From assembly GCA_033764315.1 (NCBI GenBank), contig JANRJA010000197.1, forward strand, positions 1 through 23,943: a DNA stretch of 23,943 bases. Direction: 5' to 3'. Of the stretch, positions 17,227 through 23,943 are shown piece by piece. Source of the stretch: Oculatellaceae cyanobacterium bins.114 (GTDB taxonomy: Bacteria; Cyanobacteriota; Cyanobacteriia; Elainellales; Elainellaceae). A model generated the notes under the pieces. It was not told the origin of the DNA and ran no database searches. It was given only the letters and a program-made list of their open reading frames with translations. Each line of letters opens with the position of its first letter. Position 1 is the first letter of the stretch. A program made the position numbers and the translations under genes.

Positions 17227-18348
17227 TCAGGCTGTTTTGAGCGATGTTTCTTGAACTGATCCGTCAAATACGGTGTCAATCAAATTCGTCTGTTCTGGTT
17301 TGAGGTATTTCAAATCAGCTAAAAAGCCCACCCCATTTCGCAAACTTTGTACGCCTGCGTCGTCCATAACAGCTTGAGGCACTTGACGCTTCAGCGCAAC
17401 CGATAAAATTTCTGGCGTGGAACCATAGACCGGAACAAGATCCGCGATCGCCTGATCATAGTTAGCGTTCAGGTCTTCAGCCGATTTGCGTAACACGGCC
17501 AAATAGTCTGCCAGCAAGTTCGGTTCTTTAGAAATGAAATCGGAGCGAGTACTGATCACACAGTCTGATGCTTCTGGCCCCCACGCGCCATTTGAGTCAC
17601 CCAGGTAAGTTCCTTTAGCTTGAGAAACAACCGTCTCTGCATAAGGTTGCGCCAGGGAGCAAACATCAACAGACTTTTGCATTAACGCTTCTCCCATCCC
17701 CACCATGCTGGGAAAGAAAGTCATCTTGTAGGCAGAGTAATCAACTCCCAGTTTCTTCAAGTGCCCGTAAACAACCAGTTCCAACGTATCGAGTTGAAGG
17801 GTGCCAATTCTCAGTCCTGAATTTGCCGCTTTTGCCAATTCGTCTAGAGTTTTGACCGAGCCATCCCGTGCAACCAACTCAATGCCGCCTTTGCCAGAAC
17901 CACTGATAATCCGCAAGCTCTCAGTTCCCTGAGCGTAAGCTGCAACGGTGTTTGTCCAGGGATTATGAACAACATCTTGAGCACCTCCCACCAGTGCCTG
18001 AAGGTTTTCACCCGGTCCATTAAACTGGGTTAGCTGGACATTCAACCCTGCGTCTTTGAATAAACCGCGTTTATTGGCTAACAGCAAGTGAGAGACACAT
18101 CCCGCAGGCAAATGCCCGACCCGCAAAATGGTTCCACTGCTAGAGGCAGGAGATTCTGATGCGGTCGGGGAACTGGTAGACGTGCTGTTGCTGTTACTTT
18201 GAGCCGTGCAATTAGCAGTGAGAAATGCCAATGATGCTAAACAACAAGACCGAAGAAAACCTCGTCGGTTCAACGATCCAATTGGATGGAACAAATCATC
18301 ATTGAGGGTTTTCCAATCGTGCGATCGCCCTTTTTTTCGTTTACTCAT
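17227..18348 (-). CDS. ABC transporter substrate-binding lipoprotein (SsuA/NMT1-like), Tat signal
   Basis: AAGGAG SD before ATG 18348; NRRGFL twin-Arg motif, lipobox LTANC, Ser/Thr linker, GLFKDAGLNV. Confidence 0.82.
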   Translation of the reverse strand: MSKRKKGRSHDWKTLNDDLFHPIGSLNRRGFLRSCCLASLAFLTANCTAQSNSNSTSTSSPTASESPASSSGTILRVGHLPAGCVSHLLLANKRGLFKDAGLNVQLTQFNGPGENLQALVGGAQDVVHNPWTNTVAAYAQGTESLRIISGSGKGGIELVARDGSVKTLDELAKAANSGLRIGTLQLDTLELVVYGHLKKLGVDYSAYKMTFFPSMVGMGEALMQKSVDVCSLAQPYAETVVSQAKGTYLGDSNGAWGPEASDCVISTRSDFISKEPNLLADYLAVLRKSAEDLNANYDQAIADLVPVYGSTPEILSVALKRQVPQAVMDDAGVQSLRNGVGFLADLKYLKPEQTNLIDTVFDGSVQETSLKTA

Positions 18349-18710
18349 GTCAATCTCCTTCAATACTGTTTCCTGAGCTTTAAGCTTTAAGAACAATTCA
18401 ACAAAAGTAATCAGAATTGATTTGCACCAAAACTGATTTCAAAGGTACATAAAGCTTTCATTTTTAAGCTATTTCTTCTAGCTTAATTAAACTGAAACCT
18501 GAGCAATAATGGTCTAACTCAAGGTCTATAAAAGATAACTAGTTGCTAATAGAATCCTTTTCTAGATAGTCTGAGCGACTCAAATCTTTCATTGCCGTAC
18601 TTATTTGGCAATCTGGAAGTAAGTTAAACCTACGTCTAAGGGCATTCCAGTCGTTGACGATTGGCAAGATGTTGATCGTCAATCGTAATGAAAGTATTCA
18701 GTTGGAGATG

Positions 18711-18754
18711 ATAGTAAGCAATTCACTCAAGGAGATCTTGTTAATCGTTATACA
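18711..18754 (-). promoter_or_regulatory. Putative NtcA-activated (class II) promoter for the ABC-ridA operon
   Basis: Minus strand tGTA-TAACGATT-AACa (18754-18739), 23-nt spacer, then TACTAT (18716-18711); one mismatch to GTA-N8-TAC. Confidence 0.5.
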
Positions 18755-18830
18755 AAAACTGAAGTTTTTAGGAAAAAAATATGTAAACCAGTCTATTTCT
18801 AGTAAATGTGATTGGAGATACAAACAGTTT

Positions 18831-18849
18831 TATAGACCAGTCGTTATAT
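18831..18849. promoter_or_regulatory. Putative TetR (LmrA/YxaF-type) operator
   Basis: TATAGACCAGTCGTTATAT just upstream of the tetR SD; related TAAACCAGTCTA at 18784-18795. Confidence 0.55.
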
Positions 18850-18863
18850 TACTTCGAGGAATC

Positions 18864-19466
18864 GTGAGTCAGGCAAAGAAAACATTGGTAAAAAACGGTA
18901 GAAATACCAAGGCACGTATGATCGCAAAAACGGTGGACTTGTTTCGAGTTCAGGGCTATCACGCCACTGGGTTGAATCAAATCCTTCAGGAGAGCAATGC
19001 GCCCAAAGGATCACTCTACTTCCACTTTCCGGGTGGAAAGGAAGAGTTGGCGATCGCGGCTATTCAGTTGGCAGGAGTCACTGAAAGCCAAAACATGGAG
19101 GCAGCTCTTAACTCAAACGAAGACGTGGGCGAGGCAGTTAAAGCTTTAATTTTGTTTCTAGCAGAAGGTCTCAATTCTTCAGATTTTCGCAGGGGTTGTC
19201 CGGTTGCAACCGTTGCAGTGGAGGCTTCAGCAACCCATGACTCTCTACGGCAAATCTGTGAGCAAATCTATCGAGAATGGTTTACGTTAATTCAGAATCG
19301 ATTGCAAAAAAGTGGGTTTTCCGCTGACTTAGCAGAAACCTGGTCAATGCTGATCTTGACATCAATCGAAGGAGCTTTATTACTCAGCCGTACTCAGCAG
19401 TCTACTCACCCCTTAGAAGCGATCGCTGATCATTTAAGCCAATTACTGACTCAAGTTAGTTTATAG
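18864..19466 (+). CDS. TetR/AcrR-family regulator (LmrA/YxaF-like)
   Basis: QGYHATGLNQIL.ES.APKGSLYFHFPGGKEEL, GCPVA and IEGALLL motifs; GAGGA SD before GTG 18864. Confidence 0.9.
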   Translation: MSQAKKTLVKNGRNTKARMIAKTVDLFRVQGYHATGLNQILQESNAPKGSLYFHFPGGKEELAIAAIQLAGVTESQNMEAALNSNEDVGEAVKALILFLAEGLNSSDFRRGCPVATVAVEASATHDSLRQICEQIYREWFTLIQNRLQKSGFSADLAETWSMLILTSIEGALLLSRTQQSTHPLEAIADHLSQLLTQVSL

Positions 19467-19596
19467 AATTCTTGTCATTTGATCAGCTAAATGGGTGAAA
19501 AATTTAATCATTGAAACCTGATATTTTGGGGTTCTTGATTTAGATCGAACCACCTATTTCAGCAGCCAATTAAAAACAGCTCATTGCTTATCTCTT

Positions 19597-20559
19597 ATGG
19601 CTCACCATACTTTAAAGGCAACCTGTGAAACAGTTCATTTTGGAGGTTTTTCAGCCCATCTTAAACCCGCTCTTGTAGTGAAATCGGGCGATGTTATTGA
19701 TGTTGAAACCTACACTGGTTTTCATCTCTATAAACAGGCTCCCCCCGGATTTCTCACGCCGGAACTATTGGATATTTGTCATCACTTACCGTTAGAGCGG
19801 CAGGTAGGAGGCGGATTTCATCTACTGACAGGTCCCATTTTTGTGGAAGAGGCAGAACCTGGTGATGTTTTAGAAATCCGCTTGCATTCCATTACGCCGC
19901 GATTGTCCGTTGCCTTCAATGCTATCCGCCCTGGATGGGGAGCCATGAAGGAACGATTTACGGAGGGGCATCTGCGCTTTATTGATCTGGATTTAGACAA
20001 GGGCGTTGCCGAATTTCCTAAAGGTAGCGGTGTTCAGATCCCAATCCGCCCAATGTTTGGAATTTTAGGAGTCGCAACGCCAGACGTTCGGAGTTCGGTA
20101 CCGCCTGGTAACTATGGTGGCAATATTGATAATCCGGAATTGCGGGCAGGGTCACGGTTATTTCTACCTATCTTTACCCAAGGTGCTTTGTTCTCGATTG
20201 GAGATGGTCATGCCGCCCAAGGAGATGGCGAAGTGTGTGGAACGGCGATCGAAACGTCGATGAATGGCACGGTTCAGTTAATTCTGCGAAAGGATATGCA
20301 GTTGACAACTCCGATCGCTGAAACCGCTACAGACATCGTCACGACCGGCTTTGCCGAAACGATTGATGATGCCTTTCAAATTGCTTTAGGGAGCATGATT
20401 GACTTTCTTGCCAGTCGCTTAAACATTGAGGATAACGAGGCTTATTGCCTGTGTAGCCTTGCTGCAAATTTTCGGATTACCCAGGTCGTGAACAGTCCTC
20501 AAAAAGGTGTTCATGGTTTATTACCAAAGTCAATTCTACCTGTTAATTTTCAGCTTTAA
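19597..20559 (+). CDS. Acetamidase/formamidase family protein
   Basis: HLLTGPI.V..AEPGD.LE, GGNIDN, FSIGDGHAAQGDGEVCGTAIE motifs. Confidence 0.9.
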   Translation: MAHHTLKATCETVHFGGFSAHLKPALVVKSGDVIDVETYTGFHLYKQAPPGFLTPELLDICHHLPLERQVGGGFHLLTGPIFVEEAEPGDVLEIRLHSITPRLSVAFNAIRPGWGAMKERFTEGHLRFIDLDLDKGVAEFPKGSGVQIPIRPMFGILGVATPDVRSSVPPGNYGGNIDNPELRAGSRLFLPIFTQGALFSIGDGHAAQGDGEVCGTAIETSMNGTVQLILRKDMQLTTPIAETATDIVTTGFAETIDDAFQIALGSMIDFLASRLNIEDNEAYCLCSLAANFRITQVVNSPQKGVHGLLPKSILPVNFQL

Positions 20560-20598
20560 GGTTTGTTCATTTTTTGTTCTTTCAGTAAGGAAAACATA

Positions 20599-21825
20599 AT
20601 GACTTACGTACTTGAAAATACTCAAACAGCACGGGTGATTAAAGACGATGTAGAAGCGATCGCAGTTGCCAAAGAACTGGCTGAAGAGTTTGCTCAAGGT
20701 GCTGCTCAACGAGATGCAGACCGACAGCTTCCTTATGCTGAAGTTGAAAAGCTCTCCCAAAGTGGGCTATTGGCAATCACAGTGCCTAAAGAATATGGTG
20801 GTGCAGGTGTTTCAACTGTGACTCTGGCAGAAGTGCTGACGATTCTATCGGCTGGAGATTCGAGTTTAGGGCAGCTTCCGCAAAACCATATCTACTCCGT
20901 TGAGGCACTACGGATTGACGGAACGGAAGAACAAAAGGCATTCTTTTTTGATTTAGTTCTCAAAGGAACTCGCTTTGGGAATGCCTTTTCAGAGCGGGGA
21001 ACTAAAAATGTAAGCGAGATTAAAACTCGTTTAGTGCGTTCCGGTTCAGATTATCTTTTAACGGGGCAGAAGTTCTATTCAACCGGGGCACTGTTTGCCC
21101 ACTGGATTCCGGTGCTGTGCATTGATGAGGAAGTAAGTGAGCAGCTAGGTGAAGTCAAAACTGTGATTGCTCACATTGAACGGAATGCAGAAGGAGTCAA
21201 TGTCATTGATGACTGGACGTGCTTTGGACAAAAAGGAACGGGAAGCGGTACAACCATTCTAGAGAATGTAAAGGTCAAAGCAGAGCATGTTCTCGCTCAT
21301 TATTTAGCATTCGATCGCCCCACTCCAATGGGTCCCTTCTCCCAAATTATGCACGCCGCAGTTGATGTTGGAATTGCTCGTGCTGCCATGAAAGAAACGC
21401 TAGAATTTGTTCGCAAAAATTCTCGTCCCTGGTTGGATAGTGGCGTAGAGTTCAATTACCAGGATCCCTTGTTAATTTACAAGATTGGGGAAATGGAAAT
21501 GAAGCTGCACATCGCTGAAGCCATTTTGAAACGAGCCGGTGAATTTGTTGATCAGGCGATCGCAGATATGAATGCAGATACAGTTGCGGCAGCATCCATT
21601 GCTGTGGCTGAATCAAAAGTCGCCGCAGAAGATGCCGCTATTCTCATTACTAATGCATTATTTGAAGTGAGTGGTACCCGCTCAACCCTTCAGCACCTCA
21701 ATCTCGATCGCCACTGGCGTAATGCTCGTGCCCATACGTTACATGATCCATCTCGATGGAAATATCATGCAGTTGGCAACTACTACCTCAACGAGGTTAA
21801 ACCTCCACGTCATGGTTGGATTTAG
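20599..21825 (+). CDS. sfnB: SfnB-family sulfur-acquisition oxidoreductase (acyl-CoA dehydrogenase fold, flavin monooxygenase-like)
   Basis: GLLAITVPKEYGG, DSSLGQLPQNH, KFYSTGALFAHW, LDRHWRNARAHTLHDP.RWKYH; AAGG SD before ATG 20599. Confidence 0.85.
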   Translation: MTYVLENTQTARVIKDDVEAIAVAKELAEEFAQGAAQRDADRQLPYAEVEKLSQSGLLAITVPKEYGGAGVSTVTLAEVLTILSAGDSSLGQLPQNHIYSVEALRIDGTEEQKAFFFDLVLKGTRFGNAFSERGTKNVSEIKTRLVRSGSDYLLTGQKFYSTGALFAHWIPVLCIDEEVSEQLGEVKTVIAHIERNAEGVNVIDDWTCFGQKGTGSGTTILENVKVKAEHVLAHYLAFDRPTPMGPFSQIMHAAVDVGIARAAMKETLEFVRKNSRPWLDSGVEFNYQDPLLIYKIGEMEMKLHIAEAILKRAGEFVDQAIADMNADTVAAASIAVAESKVAAEDAAILITNALFEVSGTRSTLQHLNLDRHWRNARAHTLHDPSRWKYHAVGNYYLNEVKPPRHGWI

Positions 21826-21873
21826 CTAAAAAAACACGATTAACGTTAGCCTGTGCGATCGCTGTCTTTTTAG
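21825..21873. terminator. Imperfect hairpin between convergent genes, possible bidirectional terminator
   Basis: GCTAAAAAAACACGAT ... ATCGCTGTCTTTTTAGC. Confidence 0.35.
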
Positions 21874-21954
21874 CGTTATGCATTTAGACAAAACCTATAT
21901 TAAGTTTAGATTGAGTCCACAAGGACAGAGTGGGGCACAGCCACTCCATTGGTA

Positions 21955-22500
21955 TCAGGAATACTGAGTAACCGTCGGTAACTCATGGTTGAGAACCCAG
22001 TTGCCAATGTCTCGCAATTTGTAATCAACCGGATCGTGGAGCGTGAAGGTGCGGAGGTCGCGCCAGTAGCGATCGAATCCATATTTGGTTGCGGTCGATC
22101 GCGTTCCCGTCACTTCAAAAATGCGGTTCACGATGTTGAGTCCCGATCGCGTTGCCAGAGCTTTTGCAGCAGAGACGGCGACCGCAACTTCGCCCCGTTC
22201 TTGGTGAGTTAAATCATCTCCCTTATCCCAGGCGGCTTGGACGAGATCCGCTACTTTGTCGGTGTAGGCGATCGCCGCTTCCAGTTCAAGCCACAGTTCG
22301 CCGTAGGTGTGCAAGATATAAGGATCTTTGGTGGCACTGTCTACACCGGATGTAATCCAGGGACGGATTTGAGTCGTGGTGTAAGCTTGAGCAGCGTTAA
22401 ACGCACCTTTTGCAATGCCCAAATAAACCGACGTTTTAGTGATTTGAGCAACGATACCCAGAAACGTTGCAAAGGCTCCATCGGGTGAGGTAGGCGGCTC
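21955..22500 (-). pseudogene. 5'-truncated DszC/SfnB-like acyl-CoA dehydrogenase-family monooxygenase (C-terminal domain only)
   Basis: YLGIAKGA, RPW..SGV, FDRYWRDLRTFTLHDPVDYK. Only 185 aa against about 400 for the family; upstream sequence is non-homologous and contains stops. Confidence 0.75.
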
Positions 22501-22559
22501 TAAATAAATCAAGTCACTCAGTTACATTCTTGGCAGTTTCTATTTTCAGGCAAACACAA

Positions 22560-22586
22560 GGAGAGCCTACTCAAAACAGGCTCTCC
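22560..22586. other. GC-rich hairpin
   Basis: GGAGAGCCT-ACTCAAAAC-AGGCTCTCC, perfect 9-bp stem. Confidence 0.5.
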
Positions 22587-22667
22587 TCACGCTTAAAGCT
22601 CAAGTAACTTTAATGTATTGTTCTGTAAATTATTCTGCTTTTTCTAAAGTCAAAGTAATGATTTTTG

Positions 22668-22706
22668 AGTAAGGATGTGCTGCACGAAGCACGGCATATC
22701 CTTACT
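22668..22706 (-). terminator. Strong stem-loop downstream of yeeE
   Basis: AGTAAGGATGTGCTG ... CGGCATATCCTTACT, about 30 nt past the yeeE stop. Confidence 0.55.
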
Positions 22707-22737
22707 TGTTTAGGACTACCAAGGATGGGTCAGGCCG

Positions 22738-23803
22738 TTAATTGGAAAGTTGAAAAAGCGATCGCAATCGAATTCCTAAACCTGTTCCCAACAAGGCAAA
22801 GGTAATCCACAGCCAACCGTGCAAACTGGTGGAGGCGATGCCACTAAAGTAAGCACCAACATTGCAACCAAACGCTAATCTTGCCCCATAGCCCATCATT
22901 AAACCACCGATTAAGGCAGCGGCGATCGCCCACTTTGAGGCAGGCTTTTTCACCGTTAATTGACCTGCCAGTGCAGCAGCCAGCGCAGCTCCTAACACAA
23001 TGCCAAAATTCATCACCGAAGTAATGTCGGCAAACACGCTTTTGCTGAGTGCTTCAGCTCCCATGCCTTGACTCCAAAACTCACTCGTTGCCGGATTCCA
23101 ACCTAGCATTTGAGCAATTTTGGCTGTCCATAGAGTAAATCCCCAGGTGACACCCCAGGGGCGACCTGCTAACAAGAGAGTGAGTCCGTTTAAGAGGGCA
23201 AGGGCGATCGCGCCTAACACCAGCGACCAGGGGCCATACAACAGGTTTCTCAAACTAAAGGGTTGAGTAGACTCTTTATCTGCCTGTAAGGAAGGCTTGC
23301 CCAATCGCCAGAGCAAGAAAGCGATCGCCCCCAGCACCACAAGTTGTATGCCCACACCCAACCATCCCCAGGACTTTAAGAGGGAAATAGGTTCAGCTTT
23401 GGGTAAGGCCGCCCATAGTGATTCTGTCAGGCTTGCCCCAAAAGAGCCAATCCCAAAGGTGAGTAAAGTCAGCAACATCATGCTGCTACCACCGCCAATC
23501 GTGTAGAGCGTTCCGCAAGCACAGCCACTCCCTAACTGCATCCCAATTCCAAACAAAAATGCACCGATCACTCCCTGCAACGCTACAGGGGCAACGGCTC
23601 CCCGCAGGTCTTGTCCAAAAGCGTTGCCCGTTAATAAGAAAGGGGCAAAGATCAGCGTTGCGATCGCCAACATGAGAATTTGCGCCAACACCCCTCTAAC
23701 ATCCCGGTAAACAAACAGTTTGCGGTAAGACGAGGCAAATCCAAAACTGGCGTGATACAACGTTAATCCAAACAATCCACCTATCAAAAACAAAGTGCTT
23801 TGT
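22738..23803 (-). pseudogene. yeeE: YeeE/YedE-family sulfur (thiosulfate) transporter, interrupted near its 5' end by IS4
   Basis: GMQLGSGCACGTL and YGARLAFGCNVGA motifs; the reading frame (…QSTLFLIGG) abuts the IS end at 23804 and lacks the normal N-terminus. Confidence 0.8.
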
Positions 23804-23943
23804 CTGACGGGGTGACAAACACAGCTCTAAGGCTGATCGGGTAACAATTTGAGCAAAATCTAGTAAAAAAGGATAGGTCGTTTTTTAGGCAGACCTATCC
23901 CAATGAATATATTGCCTCCATCCTACCAAACCCATCTCAAAAG
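23804..23943 (+). mobile_element. Left end of an IS4-family insertion sequence
   Basis: Terminal CTGACGGGGTGACA, hairpin GGATAGGTC...GACCTATCC (23871-23900), then a transposase-like start. Confidence 0.75.
23903..23943 (+). CDS. IS4-family transposase N-terminus (continues beyond window)
   Basis: MNILPPSYQTHLK resembles the (M)LP.FYQTHL.SQL start of cyanobacterial IS4 transposases. Confidence 0.7.
   Translation, partial: MNILPPSYQTHLK

Noticed and set aside
18654-18863. 70-aa N-terminal extension of TetR in the ORF track
   Set aside because: Not TetR-like, overlaps the NtcA-like and TetR boxes, and a good SD/GTG exists at 18864.
14901-22578. Similarity between GAGCAGCCTACTCGAAC (~14905) and GAGAGCCTACTCAAAAC (~22561) as a possible att-site pair
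   Set aside because: Short gapped match with no integrase nearby; compatible with chance.
936-23506. Numerous 60-130 aa alternative-frame or antisense ORFs (e.g. 3368-3691, 11483-11869, 13934-14212, 15624-15941)
   Set aside because: They lie within or overlap well-supported genes, have no recognisable motifs, and look like shadow ORFs.
1-23943. Whole window as a composite transposon
   Set aside because: The two flanking IS elements are from different families, the right one interrupts a resident gene, and most of the interior has host-like HIP1 density.

Overview
Cyanobacterial DNA: the HIP1 octamer GCGATCGC occurs about 45 times by manual count, and cyanobacterial-type dispersed repeats are present. 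The window is a sulfur/nitrogen-scavenging and membrane-transport region with an IS at each edge: the 3' end of an ISKra4-type element (1-138), and the start of an IS4-family element (23804-end) inserted into a yeeE-family gene. From left to right it holds: (1) two AT-rich hypothetical genes; (2) a taurine/sulfonate-type ABC importer in the order tauC-tauA-tauB; (3) a membrane protein-TauE-PAP2 operon; (4) a convergent minus-strand block of APC permease, two CadD-family genes, a secreted protein, DUF202, TauE and DUF1634, divergent from a LysR regulator; (5) a prohibitin/SPFH gene; (6) a second ABC importer plus RidA, divergent from TetR-amidase-SfnB; (7) a truncated DszC/SfnB-like gene and the disrupted yeeE. 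The most interesting signals are non-coding. One is a 26-bp palindrome (TACGGTA-N12-TACCGTA type) found three times, each directly behind a -10 box. The other is an NtcA-like promoter plus a LmrA/YxaF-like TetR box controlling a module organised like the rut catabolic pathway, with unknown substrate. Family calls come from motif recognition by eye; no database searches were run.
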